Of a DNA stretch of 64,000 bases, positions 1 through 10,077 are shown piece after piece. Under the pieces are notes generated by a model. That model ran no database searches. It was not told where the DNA came from and saw nothing but the letters and a program-made list of their open reading frames with translations. The stretch is taken from assembly GCA_965216755.1 (NCBI GenBank), contig CBDCGL010000011.1:1298609-1362608 (forward strand), given 5' to 3'. This stretch comes from Alphaproteobacteria bacterium (GTDB lineage Bacteria > Pseudomonadota > Alphaproteobacteria > UBA7887). A program made the translations under genes and the position numbers. Each line of letters opens with the position of its first letter. The first letter of the stretch is position 1.

Positions 1-297
1 CGCTGACTTAGCGTGGCTGGCTTGGTCGAGGTCCATTCTGGCTTATTAACGCCTCGTTGACGGCCGCTGCTTATCAGATCGGCACAAGGAATGCGCTGCT
101 CCGAATCCCCATGCGGGTCTGAGAGATACGCGATACAAACCGCATCAAATCGGACAATGCGGCATAATTCATAGGGTAATCGTCTTAACAGGGAGTTTCG
201 CCCAAAGAGAAAACGGCCGGGCCAGCGCGCAAAACGCAACAATCCAATCAACTGGGCTCTTCTTCGCACATGCCGTGCCGTGGACCGGAATAGGTAA

Positions 298-735
298 TCA
301 CCACAACAAACTTTGTTTTGGTGGCCGGATAGGCTTCGAGAGCCAACTGGTGCCCCAATATGCCGTGCCAACGGTCGGATCGCCGGCATCGGGCTCGCCA
401 TTCTCCGATGCCATGGTTCCCAACAAGGTCCGAAAGCGGTTCATTACCGCGCGTTTGTTGTATCGCCCGGTGACCAGTTGCACTTTTTGGAGCCCCGCTT
501 CTCCGCAAAAGAAACCGACCACCTCTTGCGTGTCGTGGGGCGTGCCCGGCGGATGCAGGGTAGCGCCCGTGACGTTTCCAACAGTCTCGGGGTACGTCGC
601 GCCTTTCGCCTCGGCCACGGGCATGCCCCAATCAAGAAAAAACGGAGCATGACCCGCGTCGGCGCCGTCGGACGCGCCGATCCCCCACAGACACAAGCCA
701 CACGCAGTCCCAAACGCAGGTAGAACTCTCATGTC
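298..735 (-). CDS. hypothetical protein, possible N-terminal signal peptide
   Basis: ORF directly downstream (10 nt) of the aldolase/SDR gene on the same strand. Hydrophobic N-terminus MRVLPAFGTACGLCLWGIGA. No recognisable family. Confidence 0.3.
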   Translation of the reverse strand, partial: DMRVLPAFGTACGLCLWGIGASDGADAGHAPFFLDWGMPVAEAKGATYPETVGNVTGATLHPPGTPHDTQEVVGFFCGEAGLQKVQLVTGRYNKRAVMNRFRTLLGTMASENGEPDAGDPTVGTAYWGTSWLSKPIRPPKQSLLW

Positions 736-745
736 GAACCTCGAC

Positions 746-2800
746 TCACCTGGGCGCCGCGGCCATATTGCCACCGTCGACGGTCACGATCGATCCGGTG
801 GTTTTGTCCGCCATCGCCAAATCCACAAAAGCCCGAGCCACATCATCGGCCAGGACCTCACGGCCTAGTAGATTACCCGTCATGTAGTCGTCGATTGAAA
901 TTCCACGCGCATGTGCACGTGTCGCGATCATATCGTCGGTTACCAGACCCGATCGAACGCGATCCGCGTTTACTGCATTGGACCGTATACCGGCAGCGCC
1001 GTAATCAACTGCATACTGCTTGGCGAGGAACAAAGTGGCTGCTTTCGGAAGTCCGTAGGGTCCAAATTCGCGCCCCGGATTGAGAGCCTGCTTTGACGCG
1101 TTGAACAGCAGGACGCCACCAATGCCTTGGGCCACCATGATTTTTACGGCGGCCTGCGCAACAGTTTGGTGTGCGAAGAAATTGAGTTCGAAACTCTCTC
1201 TGAGTTGTGCGTCCGAGACCTCACCCATACGCCCTTGCCATGCGGCCCCAGCGTTTGAAACAACGATGTCTAGGCCGCCAAAATGCGCGGCGATGTCATC
1301 AAACGCCTTTTGCACATGGCCGCTGTCGGTCACATCGCAAGTTAGCCCCAAACCATTGATTTTCACGGCCGCTTTGCCAACAGCGGCCGCGTCGATATCT
1401 AGTATGGCGACTTCCGCGCCGGCGCGCGCAAAAGCGGTCGCAGTCGCCACGCCGATGGCGCCGGCACCGCCGGTCACGGCCACGATGCGTCCCGCCAACG
1501 GTTTTTCTTTGGCCTTGCCGAGTTTGGCTTGCTCCAACGACCAATACTCAATGTCGAACAAGTCTGAATCCGAAATGCTTTGGTATGTGCCGAGGCGCTC
1601 GGCATCGGCAATTACCTTGATATTGGCTTCGATCAAATCCGCCGCAATCTTGGATGCCTTGGCCGAATTGCCCAATCCGAACGCGCCGACGCCGGGGACC
1701 AGAATACTCCGTGGCATTGAATCAAGCTGCGTTCGGGCTGTGATTTGGCGCGCATTGTTGCGCGCAAAATAAGCCGCGTATTCGTCGCCGTAACTATCCA
1801 GAGCGCGCCGAACCCCGGATGCCCAACGCGCCAGGTCATCGACACCTGGTGCAGGCACGACCAAGGGCCATGGCTTTATGCGAATTGCATGATCCGGGGT
1901 AATCGGGCCGGCCCGTCCATAGCGGGCGACTTCCGCCCCGTTAACAAAAGCAAGGATACTTGGATCCGATCGCAGCGTCATGACCATCGGGCGATAACGC
2001 CCGTGGCCCCGGTCGCGCGGTTGCGCGATCATGCCACGTAGCAGAGGTGCGACGCGCGCCGCCGACGCGATTGTTGCCGGCAGCTCAACCGACGGGAAAT
2101 GCGACTTCGGCGCCTGCGAAATTCGATCCTCGGCCAAGCTGACCAAATCGACCATACGCTCGTACGACAGCTTAGCGCTGTCGCCAAAAGAGAAGATACC
2201 GTGCTTAAGGAGAACCAAGCCTTCACAATCGGGATTTTCGTCCAGCACCCGCGCCGCCGCTTTGGCAAGCGTAAATCCCGGCATGATGTAGGGGACGAGA
2301 GCGGCGCGCCGGCCAAATACCTCAGCGCATAGGTCAGCGCCGTTGGGTTGATCGGTGAGCGCCAATACGGCGTTGGCGTGCGTATGATCAACGTACTTAT
2401 GGGGTAGGAACGCGTGTAGCAATGTCTCAACGGATGGATTGGGAGCCGTACTGTCCAACAGATTGCCACGCTGGACGTTGACCATATCCTCGTCGCTGAG
2501 CGCATCCCGCTTTCGCAGGCGCCTGAGCGGCGCAAGACGGACTGCGGGAAGCCCCGCCGGCTCAATGTCCGCCATGCCCCAGCCCGACCCTTTGACGCAC
2601 AGAACCTCGACCTCATCGCCGATAATGTCCGCCATGACCGTCTTGACCGAGGTGTTGCCGCCGCCGTGTAGCACCAAGCGCGGGTCCCGACCGAGCAAGC
2701 GGCTGGAGTAGACTCGCAATGCGAGCTCCCGCCCCACATTCTGACGGCCATAGTGGGCGACGGTCTCGTCGGCGTCGCCATCTGACCAAAGACTTTCCAT
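746..2800 (-). CDS. bifunctional class II aldolase / short-chain dehydrogenase (rhamnulose-1-phosphate aldolase/alcohol dehydrogenase-like)
   Basis: 684-aa ORF. N-terminal class II aldolase/adducin-like region. C-terminal SDR Rossmann motif VTGGAGAIG and catalytic region. Architecture typical of the RhaD/SDR fusion family. Confidence 0.8.
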   Translation of the reverse strand: MESLWSDGDADETVAHYGRQNVGRELALRVYSSRLLGRDPRLVLHGGGNTSVKTVMADIIGDEVEVLCVKGSGWGMADIEPAGLPAVRLAPLRRLRKRDALSDEDMVNVQRGNLLDSTAPNPSVETLLHAFLPHKYVDHTHANAVLALTDQPNGADLCAEVFGRRAALVPYIMPGFTLAKAAARVLDENPDCEGLVLLKHGIFSFGDSAKLSYERMVDLVSLAEDRISQAPKSHFPSVELPATIASAARVAPLLRGMIAQPRDRGHGRYRPMVMTLRSDPSILAFVNGAEVARYGRAGPITPDHAIRIKPWPLVVPAPGVDDLARWASGVRRALDSYGDEYAAYFARNNARQITARTQLDSMPRSILVPGVGAFGLGNSAKASKIAADLIEANIKVIADAERLGTYQSISDSDLFDIEYWSLEQAKLGKAKEKPLAGRIVAVTGGAGAIGVATATAFARAGAEVAILDIDAAAVGKAAVKINGLGLTCDVTDSGHVQKAFDDIAAHFGGLDIVVSNAGAAWQGRMGEVSDAQLRESFELNFFAHQTVAQAAVKIMVAQGIGGVLLFNASKQALNPGREFGPYGLPKAATLFLAKQYAVDYGAAGIRSNAVNADRVRSGLVTDDMIATRAHARGISIDDYMTGNLLGREVLADDVARAFVDLAMADKTTGSIVTVDGGNMAAAPR

Positions 2801-2833
2801 AGAAACCCCTAGTTCAGGCCCCGAGTCGTGCCG

Positions 2834-3946
2834 CTAGGCCGCGTCGGCGGCATGCTCCGGATAAAGGCCCAGAAGCCCTTCGCGCGAGGCCGGACACACG
2901 CCACGCTCGGTTATTAATGCGGTCACCAGCCGCGACGGCGTGACATCGAATGCGTAATTGGCCGCCTGGCTATTCGGCGGAGTTAACGCCACTGTGGTCA
3001 CCGCGCCGCGATCGTCGCGTCCTGAAATCTCGGTGACTTCGCGTGGGTCCCGTTGCTCTATCGGCACTGACCCGATCCCGTCGCCGATTTTCCAATCAAT
3101 TGTTGACGACGGCAGCGCCACATAAAACGGCACACGTGTATCCCGCGCCGCCAGAGCCTTCAAATACGTGCCGATCTTGTTGCAGACATCGCCATGTGCC
3201 GTGGTCCGGTCGGTGCCAACCAAACACATATCGACCATGCCATGTTGCATCAGATGGCCGCCCGCATTGTCGACAATCACCGTGTGCGGCACTCCATGGC
3301 CACCAAGTTCCCACGCGGTCAATGAAGCGCCTTGATTGCGCGGTCGCGTTTCATCGACGAAAACATGTAGGGAAATGCCCTGTTCGTGTGCCGCATAAAT
3401 CGGGGCCAACGCGGTACCCCAATCAACGGCGGCCAGCCATCCGGCGTTGCAATGGGTCAGCACGTTGACAGGTCGATCAGGTGCCGCGGCATGGGCTTCC
3501 CGAATAAGCTCCGCACCGTGTGTCCCGATGCTCCGACACGTCGCGACGTCTTCATCGCAAATGGCCGCAGCCCGGGCATAGGCCAGAGCAACGCGGCCTT
3601 CGCCGGTTGTGTCAGTCAAGCTTGCCCGCATCTGATTTAGCGCCCAGCGTAGATTGACCGCCGTCGGCCGTGTTTCGAGCAATTGCCGACACGCCTCGTC
3701 CAACGCCTCGTCGCGGCCATCCGCGCGCAAGGCCAAGCACACACCGTATGCTGTGGTTGCGCCGATCAGCGGCGCGCCGCGTACCTGCATCGACCGAATA
3801 GCCTGCGCCGCGTCGGCCACGGTTTCGAGTCGCGCCACCGCAAATTCATGCGGAAGCGCCGTTTGGTCGATGATATTCACCGCCCAACCGTCGTCCGCCA
3901 GCCAGATCGTCCGATAGGACTTATCACCAACTCTCATGGCATCCAC
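2834..3946 (-). CDS. mtnA: S-methyl-5-thioribose-1-phosphate isomerase
   Basis: 370 aa with strong MtnA/eIF-2B-related family similarity (TIWLADDGWAVNIIDQTALPHEF, HCNAGWLA, GTDRTTAHGDVCNKIGTY). Confidence 0.85.
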   Translation of the reverse strand: MDAMRVGDKSYRTIWLADDGWAVNIIDQTALPHEFAVARLETVADAAQAIRSMQVRGAPLIGATTAYGVCLALRADGRDEALDEACRQLLETRPTAVNLRWALNQMRASLTDTTGEGRVALAYARAAAICDEDVATCRSIGTHGAELIREAHAAAPDRPVNVLTHCNAGWLAAVDWGTALAPIYAAHEQGISLHVFVDETRPRNQGASLTAWELGGHGVPHTVIVDNAGGHLMQHGMVDMCLVGTDRTTAHGDVCNKIGTYLKALAARDTRVPFYVALPSSTIDWKIGDGIGSVPIEQRDPREVTEISGRDDRGAVTTVALTPPNSQAANYAFDVTPSRLVTALITERGVCPASREGLLGLYPEHAADAA

Positions 3947-4059
3947 GCCGCATTCCGACGGCGCGTAAGTTAAACGCTGTGCGAGACCACTTCAATTGTG
4001 GCTCAGACTGGTGCCGACACCTATACTCGCCGCCGCTTGAACGATAGTGGCGACCGCAC

Positions 4060-5355
4060 ATGATTCCACGCTACAGCCGACCAGAAATGGCGCAGATTTG
4101 GGCGCCGGAAACGCGTTTTCAAATCTGGCTTGATATTGAGCGCTATGCCTGCGAAGCGCAGGAGAAACTGGGCGTGATTCCATCCGGCGTTGCCACCGCA
4201 CTTGAGCAACGGGGCCAATTTGACGTCGATCGAATCGCCGCGATCGAACGCGACGTAAAACATGACGTGATCGCGTTTCTCACCAACGTCGCCGAACATG
4301 TCGGCGAGGAAGCTCGATTTGTCCACCAGGGTCTGACTTCGTCGGACATTTTGGATACGTGTTTGGCGGTCCAGTTGTGCCGTGCGACGGACTTGCTGAT
4401 CGATGACGTGAACTCTGTATTGGCGGCGCTCAAGACCCGGGCCTATGAGTTCAAGGACGTGGTTTGCGTCGGCCGCAGCCACGCAATTCACGCGGAGCCG
4501 ACGACATTCGGGCTGAAGTTGGCGTATGCACATGCCGAGTTTGCCCGCAACCTGACGCGGTTGAAGACAGCCCGAGACGAAATCGCGACCTGCGCCATTT
4601 CCGGGGCGGTTGGGACATTTGCCAATGTCGATCCGGAGGTGGAACGTCATGTCGCCAATCGGCTTGGTCTCTGTGTCGAAACCATATCGACGCAGGTCAT
4701 TCCGCGCGACCGGCACGCCATGTTTTTTGCGGTTTTGGGTGTCGTCGCGTCATCGATCGAACGGCTCGCAACAGAAATTCGTCATTTGCAACGCACTGAG
4801 GTGCGCGAAGCCGAGGAATATTTCGCCGTCGGTCAAAAAGGGTCCTCGGCCATGCCGCACAAACGCAATCCGGTTCTGACCGAGAATCTGACCGGCTTGG
4901 CCCGGGTAATCCGCATGGCTGTCGTGCCCTCCTTGGAGAATGTCGCCTTGTGGCATGAGCGCGATATTTCTCACTCCTCGGTCGAGCGCGTGATTGCCCC
5001 GGATTCCACGGTCACGCTTGATTTCGCCCTGACGCGGCTCGCCAGAGTCATCGAAACTCTGGTCGTTTACCCGGACGCAATGCGGCGGAATCTTGAGAAA
5101 TTGGGCGGCCTCATTCATTCGCAACAGGTGCTGCTTGCCCTGACGCAAGCCGGAATGAGCCGCGAAAACGCATATGAAACGGTACAGCGCAACGCCATGA
5201 CGACTTGGACTGAGGGCGGCCGGTTTCTCGATCGCTTAGCCGCCGATCCCCAAGTATCCGCGCATCTGGACAAATCCGCGCTGAGCCTCCTTTTTGATAT
5301 TTCCCACCACACGAAACACGTCGATACGATATTCGCGCGGGTCTTCGGGACATAG
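4060..5355 (+). CDS. purB: adenylosuccinate lyase
   Basis: 431 aa. Start MIPRYSRPEMAQIW and the fumarate-lyase signature GSSAMPHKRNP. Confidence 0.9.
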   Translation: MIPRYSRPEMAQIWAPETRFQIWLDIERYACEAQEKLGVIPSGVATALEQRGQFDVDRIAAIERDVKHDVIAFLTNVAEHVGEEARFVHQGLTSSDILDTCLAVQLCRATDLLIDDVNSVLAALKTRAYEFKDVVCVGRSHAIHAEPTTFGLKLAYAHAEFARNLTRLKTARDEIATCAISGAVGTFANVDPEVERHVANRLGLCVETISTQVIPRDRHAMFFAVLGVVASSIERLATEIRHLQRTEVREAEEYFAVGQKGSSAMPHKRNPVLTENLTGLARVIRMAVVPSLENVALWHERDISHSSVERVIAPDSTVTLDFALTRLARVIETLVVYPDAMRRNLEKLGGLIHSQQVLLALTQAGMSRENAYETVQRNAMTTWTEGGRFLDRLAADPQVSAHLDKSALSLLFDISHHTKHVDTIFARVFGT

Positions 5356-5396
5356 CCAACAACCGGGCGTTAATGGTCGACGGCGATACTCGGCTC

Positions 5397-6056
5397 ATGG
5401 CGTACCCCGCAATACCCGCCGCCGTATTGTTGATCGTTTTCAACTGTGTGATTGCAGCAAGCGCCGTCGCGGCCGCGCGGGTTGAGACGCGTGTTGGCGA
5501 TACGACGGTGTCCTTAATTGCGGACCCAGAATCCGGGTTGGTCGCATTGTCGAGCGACATCGGGATCAAGCTCGTCGACACTGTCAACGGGTTGATTTAC
5601 TTGCTTGATCAGGGGCAACCGGCACGGGTTGTCGATCTAAAGAAGCTACCCGAGCCACGCATCGGAGGGCATGTTGTGGTTCAGAAAATCGGACCTGGAC
5701 CACGGATCGCGGGTTTTCCAACGTCGCGATTTCGGATTTGGTTCGACGGCCAGCTGTGCACGACCGTCGACGCCAATCTTTGGTTAAATCGGTCGCTCGA
5801 TCCGGCGCCGCGTGCCTTCGAACTGTTGGATCGACTCAATATGGCTCTGTCGCCTGGTGCCGGCGCACCGTGCGAGCGCATCCCTTACCGTCACTATAAG
5901 TGGATCGGATGGGGCATGCGCGTCGCGGATGTCAACGGCCAAGTCGTTGAAGCGACACTCGTCGAAGCTCACGCCGCAATTCCCGTAGGAGCATTGCGTT
6001 TGCCGCTCGAGCCAACGGACGTGACCGACGCAATACTTGCGGCCGGTACGCGCTAG
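5397..6056 (+). CDS. hypothetical exported protein
   Basis: ORF with a hydrophobic N-terminal segment (AIPAAVLLIVFNCVIAASAVAAA). No family recognised. Start chosen at the internal Met preceding the hydrophobic helix. Confidence 0.4.
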   Translation: MAYPAIPAAVLLIVFNCVIAASAVAAARVETRVGDTTVSLIADPESGLVALSSDIGIKLVDTVNGLIYLLDQGQPARVVDLKKLPEPRIGGHVVVQKIGPGPRIAGFPTSRFRIWFDGQLCTTVDANLWLNRSLDPAPRAFELLDRLNMALSPGAGAPCERIPYRHYKWIGWGMRVADVNGQVVEATLVEAHAAIPVGALRLPLEPTDVTDAILAAGTR

Positions 6057-6128
6057 TGCCCTGGTTCCGGATCTTCGATGATTCTTGGTTGTTGGTTGGC
6101 GAAATCGCGATCCGTTCGGACATAATTA

Positions 6129-6212
6129 CGGTGACAGTTTACTAAATACACCATATTTTGACCTCTTGTGTCCCAAGCCACTACATTTTGTGTATTTAGT
6201 AAACTGTCACCG
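6129..6212. repeat. 23-bp perfect inverted repeat (CGGTGACAGTTTACTAAATACAC ... GTGTATTTAGTAAACTGTCACCG) with 38-bp AT-rich spacer
   Basis: Read directly from the sequence. Lies in the gap between convergent genes 5397..6056(+) and 6234..6554(-). Flanked by additional partial TAATTACG/CGTAATT symmetry. Confidence 0.8.
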
Positions 6213-6233
6213 TAACACCGTAATTCGTAATTG

Positions 6234-6554
6234 TTACTCACTCATGATTTGCTGTTTTGCGGTCTCGTAGAGCCGATCCATCTCCAGGCGTATCTTGTGC
6301 TCGTCGATATCCAGGCCCTTGTCCGCAAAATCCTTTAGAACCTTTTCCACGACATCATCGGGCCCAGGTTTCTCAAAATCAGCCAGGACGACGGTCTTGG
6401 CGTATGATTCTGCATCGGCGCCAGACAGGCCAAGCTTTGCCGCGGCCCAGGTACCAAGCAATTTGTTGCGCCGCGCCGTCGCCTTAAAGCGGAGTTCTTC
6501 GTCGTGCTCGAACTTCTTCTCCGCGCCGCGTTCACGTTCATCGAAAGTGGTCAT
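6234..6554 (-). CDS. DUF1476 family protein (F1Fo-ATPase inhibitor subunit zeta-like)
   Basis: 106 aa, MTTFDERERGAEKKFEHDEELRFKATARRNKLLGTWAAAKLGL. Matches the conserved alphaproteobacterial DUF1476/zeta-subunit family in length and N-terminal motif. Confidence 0.7.
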   Translation of the reverse strand: MTTFDERERGAEKKFEHDEELRFKATARRNKLLGTWAAAKLGLSGADAESYAKTVVLADFEKPGPDDVVEKVLKDFADKGLDIDEHKIRLEMDRLYETAKQQIMSE

Positions 6555-6689
6555 GCCTTTCCCTACTATGCCTCTTTGTGCTCAGTATACCCCGCAATCG
6601 GACGGTGACGGGTGACATATTGTGCACGTCTGTGTCCGTTACTACCATCGCCGCCGCGTGCAAATAGGCCCTGAGAGCCCCACTCCAAG

Positions 6690-7448
6690 ATGTGTACCGT
6701 TGTCATACTGCGCCGCCCAGACCAAGACTGGCCGACAATCGTGGGGGCGAACCGCGATGAAATGCATCACCGGCCTTGGCAACCTCCGGCCCGACATTGG
6801 CGAGACCGCCGCGACGTACTCGCCGGCCGAGACGAATTGGCCGGTGGCAGTTGGTTGGGTCTCAATGACGACGGTGTGTTGGCCGCCGTGCTCAATCGCA
6901 CGGGCGAACTAGGGCCTTCATCCGAAAAACGCTCGCGCGGCGAACTGGTGCTCGAGGCGCTGGATCACGCGGACGCAAGAACGGCCGCGGAAGCGCTCTC
7001 GACGCTCGACGCCCGTGCATACCGAGGGTTCAACTTGGTCATTGCTGATAATCGCGACGCCTTTTGGCTTCACGGTCGTGGTGGGACTGATCGCCATGTC
7101 CGTGCTCACGCGATTCCCGGCGGCCTATCGATGGTAACGGCGCATGACCTGAATGACACGGATTCGCCGCGTATTGCCCACTACCGAGCAAAGTTCGCGA
7201 ATGCCACCGCACCAGACCCAGCCGCCAATTCATGGAAGTCTTGGGAAGCCTTGTTGGCGGATCGCGTTGGCAACCAGACATATGGTCCGACCGGCGCGAT
7301 GTGTATAGAAACGGATCAGGGGTTTGGCACCATATCAAGCTCGCTGATTGCCCTGCCCGGTATAAATCTTTGGCCACAAAAACCCGTCTGGCGATTCTCC
7401 GCGGGGCCGCCGCAGGAAGACGGCTATAAACCAGTGGCGATGGACTGA
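6690..7448 (+). CDS. NRDE family protein (TANGO2-like, DUF833)
   Basis: Begins MCTVVI, characteristic of the family, and contains the literal NRDE motif (GANRDEMHHRP). Confidence 0.75.
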   Translation: MCTVVILRRPDQDWPTIVGANRDEMHHRPWQPPARHWRDRRDVLAGRDELAGGSWLGLNDDGVLAAVLNRTGELGPSSEKRSRGELVLEALDHADARTAAEALSTLDARAYRGFNLVIADNRDAFWLHGRGGTDRHVRAHAIPGGLSMVTAHDLNDTDSPRIAHYRAKFANATAPDPAANSWKSWEALLADRVGNQTYGPTGAMCIETDQGFGTISSSLIALPGINLWPQKPVWRFSAGPPQEDGYKPVAMD

Positions 7449-7594
7449 CTCACCCGGTGACTCCAGGCGGCATCCGCTGATTGTTTCTTGGATTAATCGA
7501 TGGGTCCCATAGATTGTGCTGGCGAACGCGGCTTGCTAACGGCACCTTTAAACACAAAAGAATGCGCAAAACAGTACGAGGAGAGGAGATCACA

Positions 7595-8116
7595 ATGAAG
7601 GCTAGAATTTTGGCGATCGGCACCGTCACCGCGATCATCGCCGCTTCCAGCGCTTGGGCCGGATCGGAGCGTGTCACGTTTCCAGAGGGTTTTAAGGATT
7701 CGTTCACGTACTTTATGACCAGCGAGCGCGCCGACAACAATCAAGTGCGCTTCCTCTATGCGAATGACTTGGCCATTCAGGGCGCCCGCGAAGGCGGCGC
7801 GCTACCGAACGGGGCACAGTTCGCTATGGAGGTTTTTGCAGCCCAAGTCGACGAGAACGGCGAACCAGTGCTGGACAGCGACGGTAAATTCATACCGGAG
7901 ATCTTGAAGGTCATCGCAGTCATGGAAAAGGGCGAAGGCTGGGGCAACGACTACCCCGAGGATGTTCGCAATGGGGACTGGGAATACGCCTTTTTTGCCC
8001 CGGACGGAGCATTGAAGGCCGATGTCGAGACCGGGCCATGCATGGAATGCCATTTACCGTACGCGGAGGACGACTACATCATCTATCGCGATCAACTTGA
8101 TGCGGCCGCTCAGTAA
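7595..8116 (+). CDS. cytochrome P460-like periplasmic haem protein
   Basis: RBS GAGGAG then ATG at 7595. Signal peptide MKARILAIGTVTAIIAASSAWA. Single C-terminal CMECH haem-binding motif. Size about 170 aa, typical of the P460 family. Confidence 0.55.
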   Translation: MKARILAIGTVTAIIAASSAWAGSERVTFPEGFKDSFTYFMTSERADNNQVRFLYANDLAIQGAREGGALPNGAQFAMEVFAAQVDENGEPVLDSDGKFIPEILKVIAVMEKGEGWGNDYPEDVRNGDWEYAFFAPDGALKADVETGPCMECHLPYAEDDYIIYRDQLDAAAQ

Positions 8117-8340
8117 TGAAACGCAAGGCGTTGATATAACAAAATGAATCTCTCCAATAAGGGTTGGAAATAGGCAATTCCAATCTAAGGGAGGCCGTCC
8201 TCGACGGCGTTGGCGATTAGTCCGCGCGCACGTTGTCGGTGGTCTCCTTTTGCGCTATTTAGGACCCATAAAGGCGGCCAGACGACTCGCGATCAGGCCG
8301 TCTTTCGTTCTTTTCCAAGGCCGCCGAAGGGATCGCTTGC

Positions 8341-9105
8341 ATGTCTCGCCGAAGACAAATTTACGAGGGCAAAGCAAAGGTCCTGTTCGAAGGGCCAGAA
8401 CCGGGCACATTGGTCCAATATTTCAAGGACGATGCCACGGCCCATAACAACAAGAAGCGCGGCACGATCACAGGCAAAGGCGTGCTCAACAATAGAATCT
8501 CCGAGTATCTGATGACACGTCTTGGAGAAATTGGAATTCCGACACACTTCGTGCGTCGACTCAACATGCGGGAGCAGTTGATCAAGGAAGTGGAGATCAT
8601 TCCAATCGAGGTCGTGGTCCGAAACGTGGCCGCCGGATCGTTTACGAACCGCTTTGGGTTGCCGGAGGGATCGGCACTACCACGCTCCATCGTCGAATAT
8701 TACTACAAATCCGACGAGCTCGATGACCCGATGGTTGCCGAAGAGCATATCACCGCATTTGGTTGGGCAACACCGCAGGAGCTCGACGAAATGTTGTCGA
8801 TGTCCTTGCGGATCAATGACTTCATCTCGGGTTTGTTGTTTGGATTGGGGATCCGCTTGGTCGACTTCAAGCTCGAATTTGGTCGGCTCTACGAGAGCGA
8901 TGATATGCGTGTTGTTTTGGCCGACGAGATTAGCCCGGACAATTGTCGACTTTGGGACACAAAAACGAATGAAAAGCTGGACAAAGACCGATTTCGGCGC
9001 GATTTAGACCGGGTCGAGGAAGCGTATCAAGAAGTCGCGCGCCGTCTCGGAATCTTGCCGGAAGGCGGACCACGCGACCTCAAAGGGCCGGAGACGATGC
9101 AGTAG
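8341..9105 (+). CDS. purC: phosphoribosylaminoimidazole-succinocarboxamide synthase
   Basis: 254 aa. SAICAR synthetase motifs ([29 protein letters not shown]). Confidence 0.9.
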   Translation: MSRRRQIYEGKAKVLFEGPEPGTLVQYFKDDATAHNNKKRGTITGKGVLNNRISEYLMTRLGEIGIPTHFVRRLNMREQLIKEVEIIPIEVVVRNVAAGSFTNRFGLPEGSALPRSIVEYYYKSDELDDPMVAEEHITAFGWATPQELDEMLSMSLRINDFISGLLFGLGIRLVDFKLEFGRLYESDDMRVVLADEISPDNCRLWDTKTNEKLDKDRFRRDLDRVEEAYQEVARRLGILPEGGPRDLKGPETMQ

Positions 9106-9126
9106 GCTTTTGAGGAGCGAGATTCT

Positions 9127-9366
9127 GTGAAAGCCGTCGTCCACATCACTCTCAAGAACGGTGTCTTGGATCCCGAGGGAAAAGCGATTCAAAACGCCTT
9201 GCATGCGCTTGGTTTCGACGACGTCAACAATGTTCGTCAAGGCAAAGTTATCGAACTGACGATAAACGAGGCCAGTCCGGCGCAGGCGCGTGCCACCGTT
9301 GAAGCTATGTGCACCAAGCTGCTCGCGAACACGGTCATCGAGGACTATCGAATCGATCTTGAATAA
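9127..9366 (+). CDS. purS: phosphoribosylformylglycinamidine synthase subunit PurS
   Basis: 79 aa, GTG start. VHITLKNGVLDPEGKAIQNAL, typical PurS. Position between purC and purQ. Confidence 0.9.
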   Translation: MKAVVHITLKNGVLDPEGKAIQNALHALGFDDVNNVRQGKVIELTINEASPAQARATVEAMCTKLLANTVIEDYRIDLE

Positions 9367-9387
9367 ACCAAAGTCCGGATCGGACGA

Positions 9388-10077
9388 TTGAAATCCGCGG
9401 TTATTGTTTTTCCAGGCTCGAATTGCGATCGAGACGTCGCGGTTGCCTTGGCCGAAAGTCTTGGGCGCGCACCTGAAATGGTGTGGCATGGCTGGACCGA
9501 ACTCCCCCCGGTCGATCTCATTGTTTTGCCTGGCGGCTTTTCGTATGGCGACTATTTGCGCGCGGGCGCGATGTCTGCGCATTCACCTATAATGCGGGCC
9601 GTGATCGCACGCGCCGATGATGGTGTCCCAGTCCTCGGCATCTGCAACGGCTTTCAAATCTTGACCGAGTGCGGACTGCTTCCCGGCGTATTGATGCGGA
9701 ACCAGAATCTTCGTTTTCTTTGCCACGATGTGTCCTTGCGAGTCGAAATCAACGACACACGATTTACCCATCGCTATCGCGAAGGCGAAGTTATTCGCGT
9801 ACCAATCGCCCACAATGATGGCAATTACCAAGCCGATTCGGACACGTTGGAGCGGCTGGAAGGCGACGGACGCGTTGCGTTTCGGTATTGCTTCCCGGAC
9901 GGAACTGTGGGCGCAAAGTCGGCGCCAAATGGCGCTCGAAACGCCATCGCAGGAATCGTCGATGAAAACCGCACAATATTGGGCATGATGCCGCATCCGG
10001 AACGCGCGGTTGAACCAGCGCTCGGCGGAACAGATGGTCGCCGACTATTCGAATCGCTCGTGGATACCCTGTCTTGA
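9388..10077 (+). CDS. purQ: phosphoribosylformylglycinamidine synthase subunit PurQ (glutaminase)
   Basis: 229 aa, TTG start. [12 protein letters not shown] and the GICNGFQ catalytic-Cys motif. Confidence 0.9.
   Translation: MKSAVIVFPGSNCDRDVAVALAESLGRAPEMVWHGWTELPPVDLIVLPGGFSYGDYLRAGAMSAHSPIMRAVIARADDGVPVLGICNGFQILTECGLLPGVLMRNQNLRFLCHDVSLRVEINDTRFTHRYREGEVIRVPIAHNDGNYQADSDTLERLEGDGRVAFRYCFPDGTVGAKSAPNGARNAIAGIVDENRTILGMMPHPERAVEPALGGTDGRRLFESLVDTLS

Noticed and set aside
8117-8340. Possible riboswitch or leader upstream of purC
   Set aside because: There is only a weak 6-bp hairpin (GCCGTC-CTC-GACGGC) without a U-tract, and no recognisable ZTP or purine riboswitch core. Nothing supportable.
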